The translations under genes and the position numbers were made by a program. The notes beneath the pieces were generated by a model. That model made no database searches, was not told where the DNA came from, and worked only from the letters and a program-made list of their open reading frames with translations. Of a DNA stretch of 64,000 nucleotides, positions 25,510 to 36,259 are shown piece by piece (position 1 is the first letter of the stretch; every line of letters begins with the position of its first letter). Source of the stretch: Candidatus Zixiibacteriota bacterium (GTDB lineage Bacteria > Zixibacteria > MSB-5A5 > UBA10806 > 4484-95); the NCBI GenBank assembly GCA_024231855.1, contig JAAEQD010000016.1, positions 9,306 to 73,305 on the forward strand, given 5' to 3'.

Positions 25510-26619
25510 TTGAAGAAAATTAAACTGCTGTTCAAGATCGGCTATGTCTATCATAAGGCGGCTTTTGATCCAGTAATCGAATTGCTTTTAGATGATAACA
25601 GGTACGATGTCTGGTTTTCACTTGAATATGAGAGGAAACGCCAATTCTTCATCGACCGTAGGTTTCGACCCCCGGTTATAGAAGAATGGAAGAATCAGGG
25701 ATATCGATTCACGAAAGAAACCAAAGGATTTGACATAGTCATTGCCGGCGATACTATCAAAAACGCCCGCGTTTATGGCGAAACTATATTGTGTTTTCTA
25801 AATCATGGCACAGGCATTAAAAACATACTGTATCGAAATCTGGCAAGCGTCCCCGATCATCGCTATCAAATTTTCGTGGAGGGCGGACATCGTGTTGAGT
25901 CGATCGAGAATTCGGGCGCGCTTGGTAAAAATGAGGTTCATCTTATCGGATTGCCGAAACTCGATTATTATTTCCAGGGCAGATACGGCGATAAAAAAGC
26001 CATCCTTGATAAATGGGGATTGAATCCTCAAAAACCGACCGTGCTTTTCGCGCCAACATACAAGCCGACCTGTCTATATATGATAAAAGATGATATATTC
26101 GAACAGACGAAAGATTTCAATCTCATTGTCAAACTCCATCCTTATAGCTGGATGGGCAAATACGCCCCCCATCGTCAACACCGGATTTATGAAAGGAGGG
26201 TTGGAAAATACCCTCACGCGGTGCTATTGCCCTACGATGAGTACAATATAGTCCCATATTACGCGGCGGCCGATACGATTATTAGCGAAGCTTCCAGTAC
26301 TGTCTTTGATTTCCTGGCATTCAGAAAGACCGGGATTGTGTTTGATTTACCTTGCGACAGGTTAAAACATTCGGATGGCCAACCGCTTTTAGAGATAGAT
26401 AATCGTGAATTCCTAAAAGGCGCTTTTATACATATCGATGAGGGGAAAGATATCGGTAAGGCTGTTAAAGCGGCGCTGAATCCATCGGTAGAGATGAAAA
26501 GCGTCGCGGATGAATATCGCGAAAAGTATTTTTACGAACTTGACGGTAATGCCGCGAAACGTATGGTTGAAAAAATCTATCAACTATATGAAGAAGGCGG
26601 GCACGAAAACCGGAATTAG
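25510..26619 (+). CDS. CDP-glycerol glycerophosphotransferase (TagB/TagF-like) family protein
   Basis: TTG start. Blocks VLFAPTYKP, VKLHPYS and SEASSTVFDFL match my recollection of the TagF family signature. Confidence 0.6.
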   Translation: MKKIKLLFKIGYVYHKAAFDPVIELLLDDNRYDVWFSLEYERKRQFFIDRRFRPPVIEEWKNQGYRFTKETKGFDIVIAGDTIKNARVYGETILCFLNHGTGIKNILYRNLASVPDHRYQIFVEGGHRVESIENSGALGKNEVHLIGLPKLDYYFQGRYGDKKAILDKWGLNPQKPTVLFAPTYKPTCLYMIKDDIFEQTKDFNLIVKLHPYSWMGKYAPHRQHRIYERRVGKYPHAVLLPYDEYNIVPYYAAADTIISEASSTVFDFLAFRKTGIVFDLPCDRLKHSDGQPLLEIDNREFLKGAFIHIDEGKDIGKAVKAALNPSVEMKSVADEYREKYFYELDGNAAKRMVEKIYQLYEEGGHENRN

Positions 26620-26637
26620 AAATGGAAAAGAGCTGAG

Positions 26638-27345
26638 TTGAAAGCTGTAATCGTGGCGGCCGGTAAGGGCAGCCGCTTGTGGAGACAGACATATTCTATC
26701 CCCAAAACATTGCTGCCATACGGCGGAGGTACTATTCTATCGACAATAATGAATAGTTTTAACCAGGTAGGCATTAACGAATTCGTTGTCGTTGTGGGTT
26801 ATCAATCCGAATTCATTACTGATTATCTGAATAAAAACGACAATTTGGGATATGATATCAAAATAGTGGAGAACAGTGATTGGAATCTGGGCAATGGCAT
26901 TTCGGTTTTGGTCGCCGAACAAGCGGTTGGCGATGGTGATTTCATCCTTTCCATGTCTGATCATATTGTCACGGTCAGCGCCCTGGAGAGGATTATCAAT
27001 CACCCGAGCGATAATAACCTGCTTCTGGTTGATAAACGGGTAGAAGATATATTCGATATTGATGATGCCACCAAAGTGGCTTTACAGGGCCGCATGATTA
27101 CCAACATAGGCAAGGAAATTACCGGTTATGATGGCGCCGATTGCGGCATTTTCAGGTTAAATGGTCGATATTTCAGGGCTATGCGGGAAGCATTGAAAGT
27201 AAATCAAGACTCAATCAGCGCGGCGATCAATAAACTAATCGCCAATAATGATATGGAAGCGGTCTTTATGAATCCGAGTGAAAAGTGGATTGATATCGAT
27301 ACGCCATCGGCCTATCAGCATTCCTTGAATAATATAGAATTTTAA
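26638..27345 (+). CDS. Sugar/alcohol-phosphate nucleotidyltransferase (NTP_transferase fold)
   Basis: TTG start. N-terminal MKAVIVAAGKGSRL...PKTLLP nucleotide-binding motif. Confidence 0.7.
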   Translation: MKAVIVAAGKGSRLWRQTYSIPKTLLPYGGGTILSTIMNSFNQVGINEFVVVVGYQSEFITDYLNKNDNLGYDIKIVENSDWNLGNGISVLVAEQAVGDGDFILSMSDHIVTVSALERIINHPSDNNLLLVDKRVEDIFDIDDATKVALQGRMITNIGKEITGYDGADCGIFRLNGRYFRAMREALKVNQDSISAAINKLIANNDMEAVFMNPSEKWIDIDTPSAYQHSLNNIEF

Positions 27346-27552
27346 AACCTGGATAGATGACGAATATTGATTAGAGTGACCGTTGATCAGAACTTATCAT
27401 TTTGCCGGAGTACCGTTTAACGGGTGTTTTCAATTGACATGCGGCTATGCCGCGGATTACATTTACATGTTGTTGAAATCGGCGATGTTTCGGGAAGTAG
27501 TAAGGTTTAAACTGAGTTATCGGATCAGGTGATTGAAACGGGAGATTAGTTA

Positions 27553-29385
27553 GTGAATCTTTACAAACGGCTATTGAGATTTGTCAAACCTCATTTATTG
27601 TTTTTTATTCCGGCGGTTATCTGCATGTTCATGTACTCGTTTTTTAGCGGGGTTTCATTGACTACAATCGTCCCGGTAACCCAGTTAATATTTGAATCCA
27701 GCGATGATAGTTTTGAAAATATACCGGATGATTATTCGCCCAGCCTCAAAGAACTTCGCAGTTTCGACAAGAAAGCGGTCCTGACTATAATCGGAGGACA
27801 AACCAGAATGGATAAACTCCTTCGAGTCTGTATCATAATGGTGCTGGTTTTCCTGATTAAGAATATATTCTGGTACAGCCAGAGCTTCCTGATTGCCCGG
27901 GTTGAACAGGGTGTGATCAGGGATATCAGAAACGAAGTGTATCGCAAATATCAGACTTTGCCATTGTCATATTTTCATGGCCATAAAGCCGGCGAATTAA
28001 TTTCGCGCATATCCAACGATATCATGCTGGTAAGAGGAGCGGTTGGGGATGGCCTATCGAAACTAATTAAGTCCACTTTTAATTTCATCTTTTTCCTTTC
28101 GATCGCGCTACTGGCGTCGTGGCGAATGGCCTTGGTCAGTCTAATTGTATTGCCTCCGGCGGTGATACTTATCGGCCTTCTAAGCCGGAAGCTTCGGTCT
28201 AACTCGGCCATAACTCAGCAGAAAATGGCCTCGGTTATATCGATTCTGCAGGAAACGGTTTCAGGTATCAGGGTGGTCAAAGCCTTCGGTATGGAGAAAT
28301 TTGAACTGAACAAGTTTAAAAAGATAGCTCATGATTATTGTAGGACTATGGTTCGGCTAAGCCGCATCGGCTATTTAAGTGTACCGTTAACCGAAATACT
28401 CGGGGTAACCGTTGGCGCTCTGATTTTATGGTATGGAGGTAAACAGATACTTTCCGGCGGCGGGTTGACTACCAGTACATTTATCTTATTTTTGGTGGCT
28501 GTGTTTTCGACCATGGATCCGGTTAAGAAGCTCAGCCAGGTTAATATCGAAATCCAGCAAGGTTTGGCAGCCGGGCGAAGGATATTTGAGATACTTGATG
28601 CTCCTCAGGAGATATGCGATAAGCCCGACGCTATCCGGATAAAAGGCTTTAAGGAATCGATCAAATACCAGAATATCTCTTTCCATTATGACACGGGTGA
28701 TTTCTCTCTGAAGGATATAAATATCGAACTGAAAAAAGGCGAGATACTCGCTCTGGCCGGTCCTTCAGGCGGCGGCAAATCAACTCTTGTCGATCTATTG
28801 CCCAGGTTTTACGATGTAACAGGCGGTAAAATTATGATCGATGGCGTCGATATCAGGAATATTTCGATGAAATCATTGAGATCGATGATGGGTATTGTCA
28901 CTCAAGAGATTATTTTGTTTAATGATACAGTTGCCAACAATATCGCTTATGGGCAGGCCGGAGCTTCTTCGGAAGACATTAAAAAAGCTGCCAGGGCGGC
29001 ATTCGCCGATGAATTTATCGAAGCCTTGCCGGATGGTTATGATACGGTAATAGGCGATAGAGGAGTCAAACTTTCCGGCGGCCAGAGGCAGAGGCTATCG
29101 ATTGCCAGAGCGTTATTTAAAGATCCGCCAATTCTTATATTCGATGAGGCAACATCTTCGTTGGATACCGAATCCGAGATGTTAATCCAGAAGGCGATTA
29201 ATAATCTCCTGGCGGGAAGAACGGTAATCGTGGTGGCCCATCGCCTTTCGACTATTCGAAATGCCAACCAGATTTTAGTAATTGAAAATGGCGAGATAGT
29301 CGAGGAAGGTTCTCATGCCGAGTTGGTTAATGGCAATGGTCCGTATAAGCGGCTCTATAACATGCAATTCGTAGATTTAAAATGA
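27553..29385 (+). CDS. msbA: ABC transporter permease/ATPase, lipid A export MsbA-like
   Basis: GTG start after GGGAGA. Six-helix N-terminal half. Walker A GPSGGGKST, signature LSGGQRQR, Walker B ILIFDEATS. Confidence 0.8.
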   Translation: MNLYKRLLRFVKPHLLFFIPAVICMFMYSFFSGVSLTTIVPVTQLIFESSDDSFENIPDDYSPSLKELRSFDKKAVLTIIGGQTRMDKLLRVCIIMVLVFLIKNIFWYSQSFLIARVEQGVIRDIRNEVYRKYQTLPLSYFHGHKAGELISRISNDIMLVRGAVGDGLSKLIKSTFNFIFFLSIALLASWRMALVSLIVLPPAVILIGLLSRKLRSNSAITQQKMASVISILQETVSGIRVVKAFGMEKFELNKFKKIAHDYCRTMVRLSRIGYLSVPLTEILGVTVGALILWYGGKQILSGGGLTTSTFILFLVAVFSTMDPVKKLSQVNIEIQQGLAAGRRIFEILDAPQEICDKPDAIRIKGFKESIKYQNISFHYDTGDFSLKDINIELKKGEILALAGPSGGGKSTLVDLLPRFYDVTGGKIMIDGVDIRNISMKSLRSMMGIVTQEIILFNDTVANNIAYGQAGASSEDIKKAARAAFADEFIEALPDGYDTVIGDRGVKLSGGQRQRLSIARALFKDPPILIFDEATSSLDTESEMLIQKAINNLLAGRTVIVVAHRLSTIRNANQILVIENGEIVEEGSHAELVNGNGPYKRLYNMQFVDLK

Positions 29386-30398
29386 TACCCGAAAAAGCGC
29401 TTTTCATCCAATTAAAGATGCTGGGTGATATTATGATGCTCACTCCGGCAATCAAGGCCTTCAAAAATAAATTTCCTGGCGCCAGACTGGATATTGCTGT
29501 CGAACCGCCGGGCGAAGAATTGGTAAGATTAAATCCTCACGTCGATAACACTATCGTTTTCGATCATCGTCATTGGTTTTCGGTTTTCAAGCAATATAAA
29601 GCAATCAGAAAACTACGCGAACAAAATTACGATCTGGCAATTGATTTCCTGGGCAATCCGCGCTCGGCTCATTACACATTTCTAAGTGGCGCGAAAACCA
29701 GGATTGGTTATAGCGACGCCCAATTCCAGTATGCCTATAGTAAAACATTTAACAGAACTCACTGCTATTCGGCATTGTCCAAGTTAAAATTTCTTGAGTT
29801 CCTGGAAATCGAAACGTCCGATTACATGCCGGAACTGGTTATCGATCCGAAAACCGTGCTTCCCGGTGAATTAACCGATCTGTCGCGTAAAAACCTGATA
29901 GCAATATCGCCGGTGAGCATCAGGGATCATAAAGTTTGGCCAACTGAGAATTTCGTCGAACTGGTAGAATATCTTTACTCCGATTTCAATCTTTACTCGG
30001 TGGTGATTGCAGGCCCTGGTGAAAGAGGATTCCTGGATACGTTCAGCAATCTGGTCAGTATACCTTTTAGGCCGATGTATATAGATAACATCATGCTGCT
30101 GGGAGCCGTGTTGAAACGCTGCGGCTTGTTCATCGGCAATGACAACGGGCCTAAACATATAGCCTTAGCCTTAGGCTTGCCGACTTATACCGTATATAGT
30201 AATTCCAGCGACCCCGTCTGTTGGGATTATCCCGATAAATTAAGATATCGTTTCATTGGAGGCATGAACCGACCCGATGAGTTGCCGATAAAAAAAATCT
30301 CAATAGCGGAAGTGAAAACTCAAATCGCTGAATTTATCAATGATCTGGGATTGATTGAAAACGAGAAGATGACCTCCGATAAGCGAACTGATTCCTGA
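29382..30398 (+). CDS. Glycosyltransferase family 9 (LPS heptosyltransferase-like), paralog 1
   Basis: ATGA overlap with msbA. GT9-like blocks IQLKMLGDIMMLTPA and GNDNGPKHIALALGLPT. Confidence 0.75.
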   Translation: MIPEKALFIQLKMLGDIMMLTPAIKAFKNKFPGARLDIAVEPPGEELVRLNPHVDNTIVFDHRHWFSVFKQYKAIRKLREQNYDLAIDFLGNPRSAHYTFLSGAKTRIGYSDAQFQYAYSKTFNRTHCYSALSKLKFLEFLEIETSDYMPELVIDPKTVLPGELTDLSRKNLIAISPVSIRDHKVWPTENFVELVEYLYSDFNLYSVVIAGPGERGFLDTFSNLVSIPFRPMYIDNIMLLGAVLKRCGLFIGNDNGPKHIALALGLPTYTVYSNSSDPVCWDYPDKLRYRFIGGMNRPDELPIKKISIAEVKTQIAEFINDLGLIENEKMTSDKRTDS

Positions 30399-30505
30399 TC
30401 ATAGATTCAGAGAAAACTTGCAAAAACAGTTCAAATGATGTAAAGAATACCCTGTCGAATCGAAAATCATTTGAAGCGGATGGAAAAGGCTGATGGAGGC
30501 CGGCA

Positions 30506-31645
30506 ATGGAAAGGACAAATCCATATCTGAATAACATAGCCTTTTATTTGCTCATGTTATTCGCCATTGTTCTTATTCTGTCGAACGCTCTGGCCGAATT
30601 CATGGCCGCTTTGATGCTGATGATATGGATAGCCCAATCACTGGCCTATCGCCGGCGCGAATGGATTAATTATCCGCTTTTCAAACCAATAGCGGCCCTA
30701 ATATTATATAAGATAATTGTCCTGATTGCCTCGGGCTATAGAGGTAATATTGGTGTACCACTTGAGCAGATTACCTTACCGTTTCTATATTTTATAGTAC
30801 CAACTATAGTGGTCACCGTGGAGAGGCGCTGGAAAATCGTATGGCTATTTATCTCCGGGGCCATTATCGCCGCCGGGATCGGCACTATCAAATATCTTGT
30901 CGGTAATGATAAAGTCGCGACATCCACGGTTTCCGGATGCTATACTTTATCGAATTACCTCATCATTATTTTGGGATTTTTAATGGTGGCATTCGTGTTT
31001 TCAAAGCAGGCCAGGGATAAAATATTCCTGGGATTGATATCGATACCGCTGATCGCCGGGCTTATATTCACATTTACGAGAGCCGGCTATCTGGTTGGCG
31101 CCTTTTATATTATTATTCTGGGGATTTTTAAAGATAGAAAGCTTTTTATTCCTGTTATTTTAATAGCGGCATCGATATATATCCTTTCACCTTCAACGGT
31201 AGAAAGATTAGTCCAGAGATTCGATATTTCTAATAAGAAACAGTTCTATTCTCATCGGGATGATGTTATTGACTTTGCCAAAACTAAAATTAATGAAGTT
31301 GGATTTTTCGGCTACGGTATAAATAGCTATCCCGATTTGGCTAAAGACTCGGACAACCCGAGAATTAATGATTTAGTATTGAAAACCTGGCATAATTTGT
31401 ATCTCGAGTATTTATTCGATGGTGGGCCATTCGCCCTGGTCATTTTATTTTGGATTATTTTTAGTCAAGTTCGCTACTCACTGGCGAGATATCGAAAAAC
31501 CAAGGATATCAAGCAGAAATCGTTCCAGTTGGGCATCTTGATGCTTATTTTGGCTATAATTGTGATAGGTATGTTTGCCGATCCGTTGAGAGATCCGATT
31601 ATATCTATGCTTTTTTGGGTGTTACTTGGCCTATCGATAATATAG
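30506..31645 (+). CDS. O-antigen ligase (Wzy_C/WaaL-like) polytopic membrane protein
   Basis: About ten hydrophobic helices. FTFTRAGYL loop motif. Confidence 0.65.
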   Translation: MERTNPYLNNIAFYLLMLFAIVLILSNALAEFMAALMLMIWIAQSLAYRRREWINYPLFKPIAALILYKIIVLIASGYRGNIGVPLEQITLPFLYFIVPTIVVTVERRWKIVWLFISGAIIAAGIGTIKYLVGNDKVATSTVSGCYTLSNYLIIILGFLMVAFVFSKQARDKIFLGLISIPLIAGLIFTFTRAGYLVGAFYIIILGIFKDRKLFIPVILIAASIYILSPSTVERLVQRFDISNKKQFYSHRDDVIDFAKTKINEVGFFGYGINSYPDLAKDSDNPRINDLVLKTWHNLYLEYLFDGGPFALVILFWIIFSQVRYSLARYRKTKDIKQKSFQLGILMLILAIIVIGMFADPLRDPIISMLFWVLLGLSII

Positions 31646-31706
31646 ATGATATAACTGGAAACGATAGTATGATAAATATATTTTTAAATATTAAGCCCAG
31701 AGCAAT

Positions 31707-32741
31707 TTGAAAGTAAACCATATGTCCAAAGTTAAGCTGGTAGGACATGAAAAAATATTAATCATCAGGCCCGACAGAATCGGGGACCTTGTTTTGACAT
31801 TACCGGTTGCGGCGATGTTGAAGAAATTTTATCCGAAGCTGACTATTCACTATCTGGTTTCAGGATATAACGCTTCCGTGATCAAATACGCCAGGCATAT
31901 CGACGATTATATGCTGATCTCGGATTCCAATGGGGGTCGAGTCGGTTCAGCTAAACTCGTGGAACTTCTTGAAAGTCAATCATATAATCTGGCGATATTC
32001 AGCAAGCCCGGCTGGTTGACTTCTTTTGCCTGCTTCCTGGCCGGTATACCGTTACGCCTGGGCACTTCGCGAAGATCATATTCGTTTTTCTTCAATGAAA
32101 GGATTGAAATGTCACGTCGGCATTCCAATATGCATGAGGTGGATTTGAATTTGATGATGCTTAGAGCATTTGGTATAAATAGCGAACCCGGCACAATACA
32201 TCCCGAATTAGCCAGAATCCCGGGCAAACTATCAACTGTTCCCGAGTTGAATAATATTAATGAATATGTGATAATCCATCCCGGCTCAATGGGATCGGCG
32301 CCCAATTGGTCTTTTGAACGATACGCCGACTTAATCGGGCTTTTGAGCGAAAAAATGCAGGTAGTTGTCACTGGTCAAAGCAATAAATCGTTTGAACTGC
32401 CCGATCGGGCGATTAATCTGATTAATAAAACGGATTTCGATCAATTGATCGAAATGATCTCCGGGGCTAAATTATTTATCTCGGGAAGTACCGGTCCGAT
32501 GCATATTGCGGCCGCTTTCGGAACGCCTGTTTTGGGTCTTTTCCCGAACCATCCAGTGATGGGCCCCCAGAGATGGGCGCCCCGGGGAAAATGCGTTTCT
32601 TATATAACACCGGCAAAACAAAATGGTCATATCTGTCGTATCAAAGACAACGGGAGTTGCGATTGTATGGAAGGAATCTCGATGGGCGACGTATATGATA
32701 AAGCTTTTAAGATGATGACAGCGGGGAAGAGGCGATCATGA
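31707..32741 (+). CDS. Glycosyltransferase family 9 (heptosyltransferase-like), paralog 2
   Basis: ILIIRPDRIGDLVLTLPV and SGSTGPMHIAAAFGTPVLGLF blocks. The start is ambiguous (TTG 31707 or ATG 31722). Confidence 0.75.
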   Translation: MKVNHMSKVKLVGHEKILIIRPDRIGDLVLTLPVAAMLKKFYPKLTIHYLVSGYNASVIKYARHIDDYMLISDSNGGRVGSAKLVELLESQSYNLAIFSKPGWLTSFACFLAGIPLRLGTSRRSYSFFFNERIEMSRRHSNMHEVDLNLMMLRAFGINSEPGTIHPELARIPGKLSTVPELNNINEYVIIHPGSMGSAPNWSFERYADLIGLLSEKMQVVVTGQSNKSFELPDRAINLINKTDFDQLIEMISGAKLFISGSTGPMHIAAAFGTPVLGLFPNHPVMGPQRWAPRGKCVSYITPAKQNGHICRIKDNGSCDCMEGISMGDVYDKAFKMMTAGKRRS

Positions 32742-34900
32742 AGCCAAAAATGAACCTGGCCCAATTTATTATATTTATCGAGTCATATAACGCGAATATC
32801 AATATCCCTTTAATCAGAACAGCATATGAATTTTCCGATAAAGCTCATGACGGCCAGTTTCGTGAATCCGGTGATCATTTTATCGAACATTGTTTAGAAG
32901 TAGCGTTTATACTGGCCGAACTACACATGGACTCGGCGACTATAACCGCCGGTTTGATTCATGACGTGGTAGAGGATACCGCTGTCAGTATACAGGATAT
33001 CAAAAAGGCGTTCGGTGATGAGATAGCTCACATGGTCGATGGCCTGACCAAACTTTCGGGTTTAACCTACAAATCGACTACCGACAAACAATCCGTGTAT
33101 TTTCGCAAAATGTTGCTGTCCATGTCCGAGGATATCAGAATAATCATTATTAAACTGGCTGATCGACTTCATAATATGCGAACTCTGGACGCGTTACCGC
33201 CAAGAAAAAAGCAGAAGATAGCTTTGGAAACTCGCGAGATATACGCGCCTTTAGCCCATCGATTCGGCATGGGCAAGATCAAATCCGAATTGGAGGATTT
33301 GTCGTTCAAGATACTGGAACCATCTAATTTCGAATTCGTCAGCAATAAGATCGCTCACAGTCAGGAGGATCGGGAGCAATACATTAACGAAGTTGCCGAA
33401 CCGTTGCGCAAGGCGTTGGCAGAGAACGGTATTCATGCCGAGATCACCGGTCGAGCCAAGCATTATGATTCTGTTTGGCGAAAGATGGTTAAGCGCGAAG
33501 TGGAATTCGAAGAGATTTACGACCTGTTTGCTATCAGGGCAATTGTCGAAACTGAAAAGGATTGCTATCAAACTCTTGGTATCGTTCATAATTTATGGAA
33601 GCCCGTGGCTGAGCGTTTTCATGATTATATCGGCAATCAAAAGTCTAACATGTATCAATCGATGCATACGACGATAATCGGTCCGCGCGGGCGGATGGTG
33701 GAAATCCAGATAAGAACCATGACAATGCACTACCGGGCTGAATATGGGATCGCCGCTCACTGGTTGTATAAGGAGGGCAAAAGAAAATACGATGAGTCCG
33801 ACAAGCGGATGGCCAGGGTGCGGGAGATATTGGAATGGCAAAAAGAACTGACGAATCCGGAAGAGTTCCTGGAATACTTTAAGATTGACTTGTTCCGGGA
33901 TGATATATTTGTCTATACGCCCGCCGGTGAACTCAAACACCTGCCCAAATCCGCTACCCCGTTGGACTTTGCCTTTGCTATCCATTCCGATGTGGGTTTC
34001 CATTGTATCGGCGCCAGGGTAAATAGTAAGCTGGTACCATTGAATACTCCCCTCAGTTCCGGGATTACGGTCGAGATATTAACCTCGCCTCATCAACACC
34101 CATCAAAAGATTGGATAAATATCGTTAAAACCAGCCGGGCGAAATCGAAAATTAAAAGCTGGCTCAAGGAGCAGGGCTACAATCAAGCCGTCTCGTTGGG
34201 TTGGGAGATCTTCGAGCGCGAGCTAAAACATCAACGCATAAAAAAGCCGACCGACCAGGATCTTCTGGAATTAGCCAACGAAATGGGCTTTTCGGAACTG
34301 GATTTGATGATGGCTCGTCTGAGTGCCGGGGCGATTTCAATAGCATCGATAATCAACCGTATTCAACCGCCCAGTCGCGAAAAAGATATGTCGATTCTTC
34401 AGAAATTCGTCGAGAAGGCCAGACGACATCCCAGGGGCATAAGAGTCAAGGATGTTGACAATATCATGTTTCGATTCGGCCAATGTTGTCAGCCGGTGCC
34501 GGGCGAGGATATCATGGGTTTCATAACCAGGGGACGCGGTATAACGATTCATAGCCGAAACTGCCCTAATGCCGTGGCAATTGTTGAAGATGACAGGAGA
34601 ATCGAAGTGGAATGGGATGTCGAGAAAGGGCAAAATTTCCTGGTGCGACTGGAGGCTGTGGTCCAGGACCGCAAAAACCTGCTAAGAGAGATTACCGATG
34701 CCATCTCTGAAGCTGATATCAACGTCCGCGGCGCGGAAATAAAAGCCGATAGCGGCGCCGCCGACAGCAGCCCGACTCTGGGATATTTTCACCTGGAAGT
34801 CTCAAGTCTGGCTCAACTCAATAAAGCCATTCAGAAAATAAGAAAAATAACAGGCGTAATATCCGTTGCCAGAAGCAAAGGCAAAGTTGGTAATGATTGA
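32738..34900 (+). CDS. rel: Bifunctional (p)ppGpp synthetase/hydrolase, RelA/SpoT family
   Basis: HD motif HDVVEDT. Synthetase blocks YDLFAIRAIV and YQSMHTTI. TGS segment VYTPAGELKHLPKSATPLDFAFAIHSDVG. ACT-like C-terminus. Confidence 0.9.
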   Translation: MKPKMNLAQFIIFIESYNANINIPLIRTAYEFSDKAHDGQFRESGDHFIEHCLEVAFILAELHMDSATITAGLIHDVVEDTAVSIQDIKKAFGDEIAHMVDGLTKLSGLTYKSTTDKQSVYFRKMLLSMSEDIRIIIIKLADRLHNMRTLDALPPRKKQKIALETREIYAPLAHRFGMGKIKSELEDLSFKILEPSNFEFVSNKIAHSQEDREQYINEVAEPLRKALAENGIHAEITGRAKHYDSVWRKMVKREVEFEEIYDLFAIRAIVETEKDCYQTLGIVHNLWKPVAERFHDYIGNQKSNMYQSMHTTIIGPRGRMVEIQIRTMTMHYRAEYGIAAHWLYKEGKRKYDESDKRMARVREILEWQKELTNPEEFLEYFKIDLFRDDIFVYTPAGELKHLPKSATPLDFAFAIHSDVGFHCIGARVNSKLVPLNTPLSSGITVEILTSPHQHPSKDWINIVKTSRAKSKIKSWLKEQGYNQAVSLGWEIFERELKHQRIKKPTDQDLLELANEMGFSELDLMMARLSAGAISIASIINRIQPPSREKDMSILQKFVEKARRHPRGIRVKDVDNIMFRFGQCCQPVPGEDIMGFITRGRGITIHSRNCPNAVAIVEDDRRIEVEWDVEKGQNFLVRLEAVVQDRKNLLREITDAISEADINVRGAEIKADSGAADSSPTLGYFHLEVSSLAQLNKAIQKIRKITGVISVARSKGKVGND

Positions 34901-35609
34901 AAAAGATTATCTGAGAAAATCCTCAAACGGAATAGCATATCTCGATTTCAGCGATTTCATGAACGTTTTCTGCGGTATCGTATTGAACAATGAAAACAGA
35001 CCAGCCGCCGAAATAGAAGATTTCATATTAAAAACGCGCCGGTCTTATAACGGCAACAGTCAGAAAAGAAGTCCGGCTAATTTTAATCTGATTCAGTTAA
35101 ATCAAAAACACACAAATATTGTCATCAGCTCCGATGGCGCTCTCGCGGCGCCCGCCGATGGTGCTATTACCAGAAAGCCCGAAAATATTTTGACAATAAG
35201 AACGGCCGATTGTTTTCCGGTATATATCAGTGACGGCAAAACCGTGGGCCTTCTACATCTGGGATGGCGAAGTGTTTTTGCCGGAATCCTCGGCAATTTT
35301 TTCGACCTGGCCGTTAATTTAGATCGAAAGCAAGCCAAGGTAATAATCGGGCCGGGCATAGGGGAGTGTTGCTTCGAGGTTACATCGGAGGTCGCGCTTC
35401 TGTTCGACAAGAAATATCATCGACAAAAAGACAACCGATTCTTCATTGATCTTAGAAGATTAATTCTTGACGAATTGGCCGGATTTGGGATAAAATATAT
35501 ACTGTCAAGTGAGTCTTGTACCGCCTGTAGCGATGGGTTATTTCATTCGTATAGGCGAGAAGGCGCAAATGTAAAACATATGATAAGCTATATCTGCTTG
35601 GGAGGATAA
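34893..35609 (+). CDS. pgeF: Polyphenol oxidase/laccase-domain protein, YfiH/PgeF family
   Basis: TADCFPV, LHLGWRS, CCFEV and HSYRREG motifs. The ATG at 34893 overlaps the rel stop by 8 nt. The ORF-track TTG at 34866 is an alternative start. Confidence 0.75.
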   Translation: MIEKDYLRKSSNGIAYLDFSDFMNVFCGIVLNNENRPAAEIEDFILKTRRSYNGNSQKRSPANFNLIQLNQKHTNIVISSDGALAAPADGAITRKPENILTIRTADCFPVYISDGKTVGLLHLGWRSVFAGILGNFFDLAVNLDRKQAKVIIGPGIGECCFEVTSEVALLFDKKYHRQKDNRFFIDLRRLILDELAGFGIKYILSSESCTACSDGLFHSYRREGANVKHMISYICLGG

Positions 35610-35611
35610 AA

Positions 35612-36244
35612 GTGAAGACTTTAATAACAACAATGGCTCTTATCGCTTGCTTAACTATACCGGCTTTCGCGATTACCGGTCTGGGTATTGGAGTTCATGT
35701 CGGCCAAACTACAGGCTATGACAATGGTAATCTTGATACTAAAATCCAGGAAATTTCTGATGCCCTGGAACAAATAATAGGTCCTGAGGCGGCTATAGAA
35801 ACGCCGGAATTTAAGGAGAAGCTAACCAATATCGGCGCGCATATCAAATTCGGTACATTACCCGTTATTGATTTCATCGGTTTTTTCGATTACTCCTGGA
35901 AAAAGAAGGAACTAACAAGCAATGTCGATTTGCGTGTTTCGAATCTTACCTATGGTGTGACGGCTGTGAAGAAATTTGGGGTCGCTCTATTCAAGCCATA
36001 CGCGGGCGCCGGGATCGCGTTTCATAAAGTAGTCTACAATATTGAATCAGAATACGAATCGCTGCTTTTGCTCTTACCGAATGATGAGACGAAAATGGGC
36101 TATCATTTTGTCGGCGGCGTGGAACTTGATTTCCCCCTGTTTCCATTGGCGCCCTATGCTGAAGGCAAGTACAATATCATCACAACATCCGATAAATCTA
36201 CCAAGTACTTTCTATTATCGGTTGGATTGACTATGAATTTTTAG
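35612..36244 (+). CDS. Putative outer-membrane beta-barrel protein
   Basis: GTG start after GGAGG. Signal peptide MKTLITTMALIACLTIPAFA. Alternating hydrophobic pattern. C-terminal ...GLTMNF (terminal Phe). Confidence 0.6.
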   Translation: MKTLITTMALIACLTIPAFAITGLGIGVHVGQTTGYDNGNLDTKIQEISDALEQIIGPEAAIETPEFKEKLTNIGAHIKFGTLPVIDFIGFFDYSWKKKELTSNVDLRVSNLTYGVTAVKKFGVALFKPYAGAGIAFHKVVYNIESEYESLLLLLPNDETKMGYHFVGGVELDFPLFPLAPYAEGKYNIITTSDKSTKYFLLSVGLTMNF

Positions 36245-36259
36245 GAATTGGGAGTTCAT